Shown: positions 9,895 through 24,562, counted from the whole stretch's first letter. The stretch is 63,560 bases of DNA, filler included, from Reclinomonas americana ATCC 50394 (GCA_048213135.1; 15 parts of 15 records of this genome joined end to end with filler, not necessarily neighbours in it), one strand, 5' to 3'. Numbers and translations: made by a program. The notes: a model not told the origin generated them from the letters alone.

Positions 9895-12455
9895 ATGCAC
9901 ACGCGCACAAGCAGCCTTGTGCTGCTGCTGCTCCTTGTCGTCGTCGTGTGTTGTACAGTGGCAACACGTGCAGTTGCGCCCTCCTCTCGTTCTCTCTCGC
10001 GCTCTGTGCACGACGTCTCACTGTTCGCGCGCGCGCAGTTGCCTGCACGCGAGGAGGTGCCGCCTGCCGCTGTGTCACTGGTGTACCAGTCGACTGAGAG
10101 TGTGCTCGATGAGGTCATGCGATTGGCCGAGAGTCGAACTGCGTTGTGGGGCTTGAAGAGCGACGTGGACCGGAGAGTAGAGCGCGGTCAGTCTCTCGCG
10201 CTCACTCACGCAGCAAGTCATCAATATAACACACACACATTGGGCAGATGAGTTGATGCACTGGCTGCAACCTGGTGCCGACGAGCTGGGTGTGACGCTG
10301 CGGTTGCGAGAGGATCCGCGTACGCGAGTCGTGCGCTGTGCGTCGTCCAAGGTGACACGCGTCTTGTCGGTGCGCTGCGCCGCCAACGTGCCAGGCAGCG
10401 ATCTGTGTGTGCCAGTTGTGCAGTGGCGCATTGCGTTGGAGCCGGGAGCGTCTGCGCCACGAGAGGACGCAGTGCGTGCTCTCATTGTGTTTGGCGAGCA
10501 CGGACGGGAACTCGTGTCGACCGAGATCGGCATGTCGCTGCTGGATCGAGTGCTGATGGCCACCGAGGGTCCCTGTGATCTCGACCAAGAGCCACTGGAT
10601 CGGTTCCTGTGGGAGCGTGTGGAGTTTACAGTTTCGTATCCTCGGCGGTCGGTCATCAGTGCCACACCAAACTGATCGATGCTCGCCGATAGATCTTTCC
10701 GCTGGTCAACCCGCACGGGCACCGCACGGCGCGCACCAGCAACGCCTGTTCGCGCACCAACAGCAATCAGGTCGATCTCAATCGCAACTACGAGAAGCAC
10801 TGTTGAGTGGTTCTTGTTGTCGGCTTGATCGCGAGGGGAGTTTGACACATGACTGTGCTCGTCACAGGGCGATCGCAGCATGAGCCCGGCCACGAGGAGT
10901 ACTCTGGCCCATCGGCATTCAGTGAGTTCGAGTCGCGTCTCGTGCGCCAAGCCGCCATGGCCTTTCGGCCGCACCTCTTTGTGTACGTCGTCGTTGCATG
11001 CATCGTGGCCGCCGGCTCCGGAACGAGATCTCTTACATGTGCTTGTTATTCGCGCAGCAACGTGCACTCGGGCGAGTTCTCCTTGTACTCGCCGTACGAT
11101 TACACGAGAGATCCACTGCCACCGGCATTCAACGTCATGAAGGAGATTCTGTCGGCGGCCGCCAATCAAGTACCGTGCCCGCGCTGTGTGATTGGTGCCG
11201 GCGGAGCGGCATCAACCTATGTGGCGTACGGCACCAGGTGCGTCTGCCATCCCTTGTACGTGCGACAACCCTCGCCTCATATCTATCTCTGTCTCTCTCT
11301 CTCCGCACCTCCATAGCATGGACTACATGTACGAGGAGATTGGCGTGCCGATGAGCGTGACTCTGGAGGTGTACAGCCATTCGCAACTGCAGACATGCGC
11401 CGGCTACTTCAATCCACTTTCTATTGAAGAACTCAACACCACCACCTCCTCGTGGACGCGCGGTTGCGTCCCCCTTTTCCTGCATCACCACCTTGCCTTC
11501 TTTCCGTCTATAACACGCACGTGCAGCGATTGTGGAGCTGGCGGTGGGCGTGCACGATCGCCTGTTCGGCAGCAAGACGCTGCCGCTTCCCGGCGGCGAC
11601 AACAGTGCACACCATCGCGTTGCTGAGCAGGTGGTCTCCGCCGCAGCACTCGGCAGCCGCGATTTTGTCAGTGGCTTGTGCGGCGCATCCGATTGCCTGC
11701 TGGGAGAGACGCCCATCACGGCAGAGTGGTACACGTACGTGCCGGCTGTGTTGGGACGCTCTGCGTCGTCTCTCGGTGATTCGACGACTGGAGACTCGTT
11801 GCTGGTGGGCGAGAAGCTCCATCGGCAGCAGTTGATCATCCGCACGCTGGCGGCCATCTCGCTGGGAGCGCTTGCGTTGTTGAGCTATGCCATTTTGAGC
11901 ACGAGGAGATCTGTGGGCTCTGTGAACGGCAGTGTGACACTCGGCGGCGGCGGCGGTGGCGTCGGTGGTGTCGGTACCGCTCTGTCGTCCACGCGGCGTG
12001 CACCACCACTGTCGCGCCAGTTTTCGTCGCGAACATCACAGTCGTATGCTGGCGGCAGTGGCTCCTTTAGCGGCAGCAGTGGCTCACTGGGTGGCGTGGG
12101 AGGTGCGGCTGGTGGAGTTGGCGGCAGTGCCGTAAGTGGCGGCTTGCGACCGGCCAGCTCCGCCACCGCACTGTCATCGCCTCCGACGCATAGCGTGTTG
12201 CGCCACGAGCGTGGACCAGTGGCAATGGTGAGACCAAGCGGCAGCAGCGGGGTGCTGGTGGGCGGAGGTGGTGGTGGCGGTGGTGGCGGCCCTGTAGCCA
12301 TAGGCAGTGTCGGCAGCTCCATCACCGTGCTGCCAGAGGAGACGCCGGTGATCGTGGCCGACGACAGTCTCTTTGACGTGCACCATGTGGCGCGTGGTGT
12401 GCCGTCGAGCCAGTACGACGCAAGTGGCTCCCCATTACGACCATCCAACGTGTAA
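9895..12455 (+). CDS. M14 zinc carboxypeptidase with signal peptide and C-terminal TM segment
   Basis: FGEHGRE (HxxE), RTNSNQVDLNRNYEKHW, YSGPSAFSEFE, NVHSG, GTSMDYMY...LEV; hydrophobic N-terminus; late TM LAAISLGALALLSYAIL. Confidence 0.9.
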
Positions 12456-12616
12456 TAGTGAAGACGTACAACAAGAGGAAAGCAACATGCAGCTGTCGCG
12501 TTTTATTCCACAGGATNNNNNNNNNNNNNNNNNNNNNNNNNNNNNNNNNNNNNNNNNNNNTTAATTAATTAANNNNNNNNNNNNNNNNNNNNNNNNNNNN
12601 NNNNNNNNNNNNNNNN

Positions 12617-15600
12617 AGACGAGCGCACAAAGTGCCATTTCAGTGTACGCGGTCGCGGCATGCCCAGCAAGCGTCGATTGCAAGTCAACAGGATGCGGTG
12701 CTCTCTACGTCGATCGCACACACATGCAGTGAGCTCGTACAGTGTGCGCCTCCACAACCGTGCCAGCAACACACGAACCGCACAGCCAGTGCCACCAGCT
12801 CGGCAATGCTGACGCCCGGGAAGAACCAAGTGTCGATACCACAATGCCGCATGCGCCGGCCACTTCATCCGCCACGTAAGTGAGACAAACAGGCGAAAGA
12901 TCACCGCATCGCACGAAGGGAACGCAACAGTCGACGGAGTGTGGAATCGACGACAAACTTGTGCGGTAGGCCAGCATAGTCACCGGGCGATGGCATGGGC
13001 GGAATCACGTACACTTCGGTGGAGGCCGCACTGTTGGTGGAACAATGAGCACCCTCGCACATAACATCACACCTTATCGGTGCGTCACGCACTTGGCCGC
13101 TGTCAGCACCGCCTCGACTCGATGTCTGCCGACGGTCTCCAGTGACATATCTCGGATGCAGGAGGCCAGCGACAAACCGAGGTGTGAAGCACACTCGGCC
13201 ATCGAGTCAAACAGCGGCAACTACACGAGTGCACGACACGAGTGAGCAGTGCTGCTGTGCAGCACCGTACGCGCCAAGCAGAACGCAACCAGACAGTGCG
13301 CATCAGTGCTGGCATACATGCGCTGCTCGGTAGTCAGGGGTCTGCAGAGAGACGACAGATTGCGTGAACACAAACGCGTGCGTTTCCCCGCCCGATCACA
13401 CGAATAACCTGCGTTCCCAGTTGGAGAGTTGCTGCTGCTTGGAAATGTCGCCGCCGAGGTACACATGACACAGCTCCGACAGCGACACCGGATGTCGCCG
13501 GTTCAGCCGGCTACGCAGATCCAACTCGGGCAACGCGTAGCCTTCGCGCAGATTGCCGAGACTGAACTCAAAGTCGGCAAACACCAGTTGCTCATCGGCA
13601 TCTGCCTGCTCATCCGCCGAACCAGATCCAGACGCCGAGTTCGACGAAGTGATGAGATTCGCCACCTCGGCGAGATCAACAAAGCACGCGGCGCGCTGAA
13701 AGCACGGTGCATGTGGATATGAGCTGCATAGCCGCTGCAAGTCATTATGGAAGCGGTACCCTGCGGCGACGTGGAATGTGAGGTGAATACCTCAAGGCGC
13801 AGAGACCACAGTACGTACCGACTTTGAGGAGAGAGTCACACTCGAACAGACCGGTCAGCAACTCCGTTGTCTCCCGCATATGTGGATTGCTGGCGCTACT
13901 GCATTCTGCATCAGCCTCTGCCGTCTCCTCGGCGCTCTCCATCTCCACAAACGGGCTGCGTGCCAACAAGCGCGGCAGATCCACCAAGTACACGCGGTTG
14001 GGTGTCGCAATTTGCAGAAGCTGCGCACAGAGAGATTAAGATGGCTGCAGAGAGAGAGAGCACGCCCCATGCACTGCCACACACGCACTGCCACTCGCGA
14101 GTTGGGGAAGCAATTCAGCGCCGGCTTCCACTCGGCATCCATGGCGGCAATCGGGGCCTGCAAAAGGTAACACTGTGCCGTGAGAGCCATACACACAAAC
14201 AAGGCACTCTCCAAAACACGCATTCACACCTCGAGGCACGCAGCCACCATCTCCGCCACCTGTTCGTGCGTTTCGACATTGTGGACCGTGACGTGCGCCG
14301 GAAGTGCCAGCACCTTGGTTCCCGGTTCGTCACTCTCCTCGTCTCTGCATACTCGCCATTGAGTGCACGCATGCGTCACCATCAATGGATAGGCCACCAT
14401 CGAACCTCTCCTCTGCATCACCCGTGGGGCGCATGTCGCCAGTGGAGATGACAGTCATCATACCGGTGCAGAGAACCTCGGGTTGACCGGCTGTCAGTTC
14501 ACCGGGCGCCGCCAGATTTTTTCGCTGCAACATCTCCACCGAGTTTCCGTGTGCCCAAGCCGCACGACGAGCGTGCTTCGTACCAGAGACACCCGGTGGC
14601 GGCACAGCATCGCCAGAAGACATGTCTGCGATTGCGACCTCAATCTCCAAGTGCGCCAGGTGGTCCACGTGGAGGATGAAGGCCTCCACTTGCGACGCCA
14701 GGTCGCCGTCACCTCTCGGTTCAACCAGGCCGTCAGCAAAGGCTCGGTGTACCACCTGTCGGGCGTGGCTCGACTGTCCGCAGCGCACCAACTCGGTGGC
14801 CACTGCCTCCAGCATGGAAGTGCGCCAAGCCGCAATCGGGTCGCTGCTCGAACAGTTTTCACAGTACCGACGCGGTGGTTGGTCGTCCACAAACCCATAC
14901 AGCATCTCCACATTGGCGCCGGAGTTGATCAGTCGCTTGGCCACATACCGTTGTGTGTACGACACCAGCTGAGCGGTGGGCGAGTGAGTGTGGGGATGGG
15001 TGGGTGAACAAGGATGTTGAGCGATGCACACATCGTACCGCAGGAAACGCGCACTCCTTGTCGTGGAGACCAAACTCGTGTAGCATGCGACGCGAGGCCG
15101 GCAGCTGCACCGAACAGAGTTGGAATGCAGTTGATAGCGGCCATGATGAATGAAGAAAAAGAGATTGAATAACCTTGTTGACTCGGATCAATGCCTCGAT
15201 CACTAGTTGCGGCACTCCGCGCTGGCTGTACGTGCGAGCAAACTCCATAGCCACATCGTGACGATCCTGTCGGCACACACCAAGTCAGAAGCTCGGCGAT
15301 CCGTGGTGATCACCACACTCGAGTCTCCACGCACCAGTGCGACAATCTCGCGAACCAGCGTTGCCACATCGACCTTGTCAAACAACTCCTCAAAGTGTGC
15401 AACATAGGCCGCCGCTCGTACACAACCGTCTCGCGACGCCTGCATCACCGCGGTCACAATGTCCAACAGTGACACACCTGCGTGATCGTATGAGTCTCGC
15501 AACACACGACCGCGATGCGCGCTGTGTGTGTGTGATTGCAACTGCGCATGTGCTCGTCGCCGTAGTAGTGCACCAGCATGACCCGGAAGACCGCCGGGTG

Positions 15601-16170
15601 CACCTCGCGTGCCAGACGAGCCAGCGCCACTTCCGCGTGGAACCATCTGCATCAAGACAACTCGGATCTGAGCACGATGCACGCACACGCAGCGCACAAC
15701 GCAGATCGACCGCAACTCGTTCCACGACGGGTGCACAGCGTCTGCCTCTCGCATGACACGAGGCAGCACGGCTCTGCACACGACAAAGAACGCCTCGTGC
15801 AACTCGGGCAACTGCGAGGGGCGCGCACAAGACAGTCACATTCCAGCTCACACACACACACACGCTGTGCTGCGGCGAGGCTAAACACCTTGGAGATCTT
15901 GGCGGCGTACTGCACGAACAACTCGGCGTCGTCGCGACAGTGCGGCAGCACACTGGCGGCACTCCATTCACACAACTCGTCGATGCGATCCGTGGTCGAC
16001 TGGTGGTCGCGCAGCACACGCAGCCACTCTCGCAGCAGCTTGCGACGACACAACTCGACTGCGTCGGGCACTTTGGCGGCGCTGGAGCCACTGGTGGCTG
16101 CAGCGGCTGCGTCGCTCATGGACTCTCGAGTGGGGTGGGCCAGGGGACACGAGGACGATGGCATGTACAT
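12617..16170 (-). CDS. EXD3: Exonuclease Mut-7/EXD3/Nibbler homolog (DEDDy 3'-5' exonuclease + Mut7-C); 3' end truncated by gap
   Basis: AMDAEWKP, LQIAT, LLKVG, SLSELCHVYLGGDISKQQQLSNWERRPLTTEQRMYASTDAHCL; Mut7-C FVVDSTLRRLGRRMRHCGIDT...EHRILLTCN. Confidence 0.88.
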
Positions 16171-16426
16171 TCACTCTTGTTTTTACATACACACAAAGAC
16201 GACAGACAAGTCGACGGGAACCCCACATTACGCCGCAGAGAGCGTAGCGTTCAAGGGTGGAAAAAGTAAACATCATTCGTTNNNNNNNNNNNNNNNNNNN
16301 NNNNNNNNNNNNNNNNNNNNNNNNNTTAATTAATTAANNNNNNNNNNNNNNNNNNNNNNNNNNNNNNNNNNNNNNNNNNNNAACAACAACAACATCAACA
16401 ACAACAAAAACAAGGCTTTTCTGTCA

Positions 16427-19400
16427 TCATGGCTCGTCGAGGCGCTGGTCACGAATGGACTGCACCAGGTCGAGAATTCGTTGGGTAGGACCGGCTTCCT
16501 ATAATCACACAACCAAAATAGAGAGATCAGCATTCGCACACAAACAGAGAGAGAATTGAGACTGGCAGCGCACCCGTTCCATGAGCTCCGCCAGCTCTCG
16601 CAGCGAGTACTTGGCCATCGACAGCCGCTGCAGGGACGAATCCATGTCGGCGTACTGCTCGCGTTCCCACGCACTCGACGGCTTGAAATGTGGGAAGTCG
16701 GAGAAGAGTTCCAGCTCACGCAGCATGTTGACCTGCATGCAACCAGCCACATGAACAACAGGCGACCTCCTCATTCAACGGCGAAAGGAAAGCCCCACAT
16801 ACCTCGCCCACAATGTCGGCACTCCGGTAGTCAGCCGACTGCACGCATGCGCACACACATACACGTGAGAAAGAGGAGGGAGAGTGTGAGGAGGAGACAG
16901 CACAACGCACCGTGCTAAAAGTGATTAGATTGTCGAGACATTGCAGGGTGGTCTTCAGCTCCTCCTCCATCAACAATTGGTACTGCACCGCGCGAACTCA
17001 CACGTGTGAGTAACTGATATCAAGCAGAACGAGCATGCACGCGCGCGCACACAGACCTCTTCAACACGCTGCCGCGATTCAGGATCCACCACCAGTGGTT
17101 TGGGCGCCGCTGACGTCGGCGTCGACGCGGCCACACGCTGTGGCGATGCTGCCGCAACGGCTGGTGCTGGTGCTGGCGCTGCCACCGGCGGTGGTGCATG
17201 GTTCGACGACGAGAACGACACCGCCTTCCGAGCCGAATCGTCGCCATGGCCATTGTGCGAGGCCGGCGACTGTTGTTGTTGCTGGTGCGGCGGCTGGCCA
17301 CCACGCGGTGTTGTCTCGCGCGATGTTTGCCTGCTGTGCGACCGGCTGCCATTGGCGCTCCGGTTGCCGCTAGCACTTCCATTGGTGTAACCATGAACTG
17401 GTGACGGTGACCGCCGAGTGGGCGACGGCACCGGCGAGTACCGTGGCGGAGTGGCAGCGTGCGACGAGCGGCTGCGACCCTCGTCGGACTCGATCACGCG
17501 TCCGTGATTCTGCATCACGTGAAGTTCCAGTTGATCCTTGAGACGAAGCAAATCGGTGGTGTCCACTGCGTGCCCATGCTCGGCAGCCTGCGCACACACG
17601 CCCTCCCACAGTGAGATACACAGAGAGAGAGAGAGAGAGCGACAAGGGGATCGCATCACACGCTCACCTTGTCCATCAGCGACACTGCTTCACGGAGCGC
17701 CTCCTGCGTCTCTGCCAGCTGCTCTCGCAAGTCTTTTTCTGATCGCACAGGCACCTCCGTCTGCATTTTTCAGCCACCACGAATGAGTACACACAGTGGC
17801 GATCACGCTCGCACGCAATCCCGCAAGCCACACGAAACCTTGCGCAATGCCGACGCCAGTGTCGTCTTGGTTCTCTCCAGATCGTCGGTGACAGCCTTGA
17901 GTTGCAGTTGTTGCTTGGCCACCAGATCGATCTCGGCCAGATGCCTGTGAGCGCCACATGCGTGAGATTTTACGCGTGGAGGTGGAGCGAGTGACATCGC
18001 CACACACACACACAAACTCACCAATTGTACAGCTTGTTGATCTTCTTGTTGAGCTCCTTGAGCATGCGCTTCAAACCGGCCTTCTCCTGCGTCGGTGAAG
18101 TCGGTGAATCGAGGCCGCCGCGACGCAACACCTGACCGTCGTCAGAGCCCATCGATCCCGATTCATCGTCACTCATTTCCGCACCCAGCCGCGTCGCACG
18201 TTCTGCACAGGCAGTGTGAGTATGACGCGTCGACACAAAGGAGCACTCCAGCATTTGCATACGCACCAACTGCCACACCCAGATCGTGCACCAGGTTCAT
18301 GTAGTCGTCGGGCGCCGCCGAATGTGACGAGTGCGGTGGCGGCAGCAGTGGTGAGCGGTCGCTGGCCGACGACGACTTGGAGACCACAGACTGCTGCACA
18401 TCGACATGCGACGACGCAGCGCGGTTGGGCGACGGTTGCCTGTGCGGCACAGGTGACGCCGTCGTCGCCGACGCTGCCACTCGTCGAGGTGAAGGTGGCT
18501 GTGCGGCGCGTGGTGACGAGCGACGCTGTGGCGACGGCGGCACTGGTTGCGGTGCGCTGGGCTCCACAGGTGGCGACGTTTGCGACTGACGGTCGACACG
18601 GGACGGTGACGGAGCGCGTCGTGCCGGTGCACCATTGCGTGCGCTCGCCGACGGCGAGAAGCCGTCACGTGATCGTGATGGAGACTCGCGACCATTGGTG
18701 GAGACAGCGACCAGTGTGCGCAGAGCCGCATCAGTGTCCACGGCTCCTGCAGACTTGCCGCGACTGCGCGACACCGTGATGAGAGGCGTGCGACGGCGCA
18801 TGGAGCACGCAATGTGAAATACACAAACCGTTGTGATGGTGGCGGCTCGCGGTAGTGAGCTTCCGGCGGAGTTGGTGGACGCTTCTTTGCTGACCGTGGC
18901 TGCACAACGGCTGGTGGCGGAGGCGGAGGCGTCACGTTGGATGATCCATCGGTGGCTACACAAGCGAAAGCATTAGACACACACACATACGAGTGCGTTG
19001 CAATTATGAGCATGCACACCTTGACCATCGATGCGCGTCAGATTCGGCAGTGTGCGGCGCAGCGTCTGTCGATACCCTTGCACGCTACGCAAAGAGAGAA
19101 ACTCATTAGCACGGAGCGCACAAGTCCCACAAATGATGAGTATGTGGGAACGCAACAGAGCCAGCGGATTGCCGCGCAGAATGATCTCCGTGAGTGCGTA
19201 GTTGGCCGACAGCTTGCGCAGCGACAGATGCTCCTCGGGCCCGAGGCAGTTCTGGCCGAGGTCGAGCTTGCGAAGTTGTCGCAAGTGCGCCAGATTGGAG
19301 ACCTTGGTGATCTGGTTGTTGTTGAGCACGAGCTCCTCCAGGTTGGGCGTCTTGCGCAGGCCGTCGATCACGCCAATCGAATTGTGCGACAAGTCGAGAA

Positions 19401-22400
19401 CCCGGAGCAAGCGCAGCTCCTGCAGACCAGACATTTTCGCCAGCTTATTGTGCGACGCGTAGAGGTACTTGAGAGTGTTGGGCAGCGCCGACAGAGTGGC
19501 TGTGCGCAAGCGACAGTCAGTGACGCATCCAGAAACAATAGCAGAGCAAGGGGCAAAGATCGCAACTGAGTTGATTGTGTGAGATGTCCAGCCACACCAG
19601 ATTCGAGGCCGAGTGCACCGCGGGCGGCACCATAGTGAGAGTGCGCTTGGCCAGCGAGAGGCTGCGACCCTCCTCATTCTCCATCTCGCCCATCGACTCG
19701 ACCAGTTCGGCCTCGCTAATGTGCTCGCTTCCACGACGGCGCAACGGCGACGTGGCTGACGTCGGTCGTGGTGGCCGGGCTGAAGTCGGCGACGCGGCGC
19801 GTGTGGCATAGGACGACGGGGTGGTGGAGGCAGCGGCCGCTGTGGGAGTGCCAACTGCACGTCGCGGCGAAGGCGAGGTAGAGCGGCGAGGTGATGGTAC
19901 AGGCGAGGCGCGCTTGTTGTATCCCTGCTGCTGCAGCTGCGGTGGTGACTCGGGCTGATAATCGGCATGTTGCTCGCCGTCATGCTCCCACGGTGACACG
20001 GCACGGTGATCGCCACCGGCACCTCGTTCCGCCACGCCATCGTCGTCGGCCACTGGGATTTCGCGCAGTACCGGCTGGTGGTGTAGCGGCGACGATGATG
20101 CCGGGTGGCCAGTGGGCGAGTGATGGTGTCCAACTCGGTGGCGCGCGTGTGAGTAGCCCGGGGAACCGGCACCAGCTATTTGGCCACCGCCGGAAACAGG
20201 CGACAGTGGACCCCGGGCCTCAGCTTTTGGGTGATGGTGCTGGTGATGGAGGGAATGATGGTGCGGGTGTCCGTGCTGATGCTGAGCCAGGTCGTCGATC
20301 ATGTCCTCGCCCTCGGAGGCCAGCGAACCCTCGCTGCCGTCGGCCAGTCCGTGATCGAGTGACAGTGTGTTGGATATGCTGGCGGGTGCCTCGCGGGCGT
20401 GTTCCAGATCTGCCTCTCCATCCTCGCCATCCTCCTCCACGTCCGCGTCACTCCCATGCAAGCGTCGTACCGCGTGGCCGTTGCGCTCCACCGGCTCATC
20501 ACCCGTGGCCGCGGCTGCCGTCAGCGAGGCCGAGGACGGCACTGGCGTGACGGGTCCACCGGCGCCGTGTGTGGCCTCTCCCGTGGCGGTGGCAGTTGTC
20601 AAGGCCGTGGTGGGTGACGAACGCGACGAGAACAGGCTGATGCGCACGTGCTGCACGGTACCCATGGCGTCGGTGGGGTCGTCGTCATCGTCCTCCGCAA
20701 TCACGGCCGACGACGGAACCTCGGGCATTGGGTTGGACGAACCCACCGTGTTGTCTGTGTTCAGTGTGCCCAACTCGGGCTCATCCGACGCCGCCGTCAG
20801 CCGACTGCCACCAGCGGCGGCACTGGCCGAAGAAGGCGAGCCCGCAGACATGTACGAGCGCGACGACGGCGAACCGACAACCGGATCGTGCCCTTCGACC
20901 GACAGGCTCACTCGACGCGGAACCACAGCCACCACCGCCGCACCCTCTGCCACGGGTTCGTGAACGAGCGCACTCGGCTGTACGACGAAGAAGGTAGAGT
21001 GTGAGGCACATGTTTGTGGAGAGTGGCGGCATAATTGCTTCTCACCGGCAAGCGCGACGACGACGTCGGCGACGGCGGCAGCATTCCAGCGGCCATTGAA
21101 CCGTGCGCAAACGTGACCTTGCTCTTTGGCGGCGCCACTGGTGACATGGGCCGGGCGGCCGACGACGCTGCACCACCGCTGGACGGCATCGAAGGCAACG
21201 AGGCGTGCGTGGCCGAGCCAGATTCGTCGCCCAGCGGCGTGTGCGGCTCCTCTTCCTCGTCGTCGTCACCGTCATGGTGACCACCGTTGGCCTGCTGCAA
21301 TTGCTGGATGAGATAACGCGGCAATACAGAGGGGAGAGAGCAAGGGTACAAAGGGATCGACTTGCCTCTGCGCCTGCTGATGATCGCGCGACAACGAGCG
21401 GCGGTGGTGCCGGGTGGTCATCACGCGCACCACCATTCAATGACACCGCCCCATTTCCGTAGTGATGATGGTGATCGGAATCGCCACCATTCGCAGACGC
21501 TGCTGCTGCTGCTGCTGCTGCTGGACTGACCGCCCCAACAAGTGACGACGGCGGTCGACGAGTGCGAGGTGCCTGCGTCGACGCAATGAGCGATAGATAC
21601 AGAGAGCGCACCGAACGAGCGACCAAGGTCGGACATACCCGTGTGGCCGTGTACAACTCCTCCAGTGCATCCGGCGTGCACAGCGACGTGTGCACACGAA
21701 TGTCACGCAGTGTCTCGTTGTGCACCAACGCATCAAAGATCGCCCGCGCACCGGCATCCCTATCGCCACGGCTTCAGCATGCGTGCACGGCAGACGACCA
21801 AGAAACGCACAGTACGCAACGAGATACGATTGCCCGACAGGTTGATGCTCTCAATGCTCTCATTCTCCGTCAACATATCCGCCACCGCACGCGCCGACTT
21901 GTCGGTAAGCTACCCCCCGCACACACAAACAATGAGCGACGCACACACACATACACGCAGAGAGTGATAAAACACGCTCACCTGATTGAACTTGAGATTG
22001 AGAACCTTGAGCGTGCGATGCGACTTGAGCAGCGGCATCAGCGGCACCACCTCCGCATCCGTCAGCCGCATACGCTTGAGCGATAGCAGCTCCTGCGCAT
22101 GACGACCTTGTTTCATTTGACACACACACAATGAGCGAATCATCATCCAAGCCTTCATGTGAAAGAGTGTGTGTGTGTGTACCTTTCGTGGCCACAAACT
22201 TATCCAGCACACGTCCCACCGACTTGCGTCTTCCCATGGCCAGCTCGCCGACCGCCGACTCCTCTCCATCGCGCCACTCACTCGCCACCGCCTGGAATCG
22301 CTCACTCAACTCCGGCCCGGCGACTCCACTCGTCGGCGTTGCTGCCACGGGTGGTGACACACTGGGCGCAGGCGAGGCGGGCGCAGGACTCTGTGCCTCA

Positions 22401-22483
22401 TCGACCTCCGCCTCTACCTCATCGCTCGTCGACTTCGGCGCGGGTGTGGTCGGCGTCTGCGGTGCGCTCGGTTGGTTGCCCAT
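16427..22483 (-). CDS. Large LRR protein: N-myristoylation-like start, RNI-like LRRs, disordered region, SDS22-like LRRs, coiled-coil C-terminus
   Basis: MGNQPS start; LKVLNLKFNQLTDKSARAVADML...INLSGNRISDAGARAIFDAL; LRVLDLSHNSIGVIDGL, LEELVLNNNQITKVSNL, LRGNPL...YRQTLRRTLPNLTRIDG (LRRcap); exons join in frame. Confidence 0.75.
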
Positions 22484-22714
22484 TCTTCGCGCGCAAAGTG
22501 CGTTCTCTCTCTCTGCGTGTGTGTTGGAAGAGTGCGCGCGCGGCTCTCATCTGTCCGCTCCTCTGCTGCTCGCGGCGACTCTCACACCTCCGTCGTTGCA
22601 TCAAACGCACGCACAAGCGAGTGCGGTGGAGGAGGAGGCGGCGGGAAAGAGCAGACGCGTGCGTGCGTGTGTGTCAGAGAGTGTGTGAGTGTGAGTGTGT
22701 GCGAGTTAGTGGCC

Positions 22715-24562
22715 ATGGCCAACCAGGACATCTCGGGTGCGTTGCGGTTGCTGTCGGACGAGTGGAGACGATTCGAGAAGGAGCGTGCGGTGTGGGAGGT
22801 GGAGCGGGAGCAGCTCAAGGTGTGTGTGCGTGCGTGCGTGAGGGGAGAGAGAGAGAGAGAATGAGAGGAATGAGAGAGAGGGAAACGCGGAGAAAGATGT
22901 GTGTGTTATGTGTGTGTGGAGGAGGGAGAGAGAGGTGCGTGTGTGCGTGCGTGCGTGTGTGAGCGGAGGCTGTGTGTGCTTGCGTGCGTGCGTGTGTGTG
23001 TGTGACATGGCCATGGGTCCCGAGTGCCCCTTTTTTTCCAATGTTGGCGATGATGATGTTGAGGTGATGACGTTCGCTCTTCATGCTACTCGCTTTTTCA
23101 CTCTCTTTCTTTTGTGCTTGTGTGTGTGTGTGTCTCTCGCGTGACACAGTCGAAGATCAAGTCGTGCGAAAGCGAATTGGAGAAGCAGGAGCGGCTGCGC
23201 AATGAGCTGTTTACGCGGATCCGAGAGCTGGAGACGGAACTCAAGCGCACGGGGTGAGAGAGCAACACATAACAAGTCTCTCTCTCTCTCTCATGCTCAT
23301 TCACATGCTTGGTGCGCAGAGCTGGTGGTGTTGAGGTACCACACGCCAACGGCGGACCGCCGAAAGGTGAACCTGCTCTTGCCCGCCGTTCCCGCGCTGT
23401 CTGTCTGTGTGTTTTGCTCACTCGTGCGCAGCTGTGGAGCGAGAGAAGCGGGCGATTGCCATGACCAGCCGCCAGTTGTTGCAAAAGTTGCGTCGTCATT
23501 GACCATCGTCATCATCTGCGAGTGTGCTGCTGATCTCTCGTTTGTGTGGCCGTAGGATGACGGAGGTGTTCCAGTCGGATGCACGAGCGAGTGCTGCGTC
23601 GGCTGTGGTGTCGTCGCTGCCGAATGCCGCGACGCCGTCGTATGCCTCTGCCGTGTCGCGCACTCCCGGTCTGTCGGCGGCTCCGTCACAGCCTGCGGCG
23701 TCGGCAAAGCCCGGCTCCTCGTCGTCGTCGTCGTCGTCGGGTGCGACTGGGGCGCGCGCTGCAGGTGGAAGCAGCAGATCGGCGGCCTCAAGCGCTCAAC
23801 CAAAAGTCGTTCCCAGTTGCGGCGGCGTCACTGTGTATGTTTGTGTGTGTGTGTGATATGATGCTCACATACCGCACACAGAGCCCGAGAAGCTGCCGCT
23901 GTCGCTTTCGCCGGCGTTTGTCGGCGGTCTCACAGATCAGCAACGGCAACTCGTCCTCAAGCCGAAGAAGGCGTCGGAGAAGAGCAGTGTTACCAATGGC
24001 AGCGACGACATTGAGCGGGAGAAGCAAGAGCTGCGAGTGAGGCGGCAAGAGGAGAAGAGGAAACGGGAGGAGGAGAAGCGACGGAGAGAACAGGAGAAGA
24101 GGGCAGCATTGGCGGCGGCAACAGCCGCGGCTACAGGGACACGTGGAAGTGGGGACTCGGCGTCGGCAATTTCAGCGCCGTCGCCCTTGGCTGGTGGAAT
24201 GTCGCCGCTGCCACCACTGTCGCTTTCGGTAGGCAGCCGGGCATCGGCGTTTGCGGATCCTGTATCACCCGCGGCGCCATATCCGGTGGATGTGGAGGCC
24301 ATGAAGGCTCTCAAGCCGTCGCTGGTGATTCGCCAACACTCGCGGCCTGTTCGCGCGGTGGCGTTTGCGCCCTCTACCGCCGTTCTGTTTTGCGGTTCGT
24401 TGTTGTTTATTGTTGTACTGTAGCAGTCCCTCCCGAGTCGCTCGACTGACACTTTGACGATGTGCGTTGCGTGCACAGGTTGCGACGACGCGACCATTAG
24501 CGTGTTCCAGCTGGACGTGCTGCTCACCGACGCCAAGCCACCATCCAAGTTGCCGGCGGCGG
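22715..24562 (+). CDS. Striatin-family protein (N-terminal coiled coil + start of WD40); truncated by gap
   Basis: ISGALRLLSDEWRRFEKERAVWEVEREQLK (striatin N-domain), SRQLLQK, WD repeat HSRPVRAVAF...CGCDDATISVF. Confidence 0.82.
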
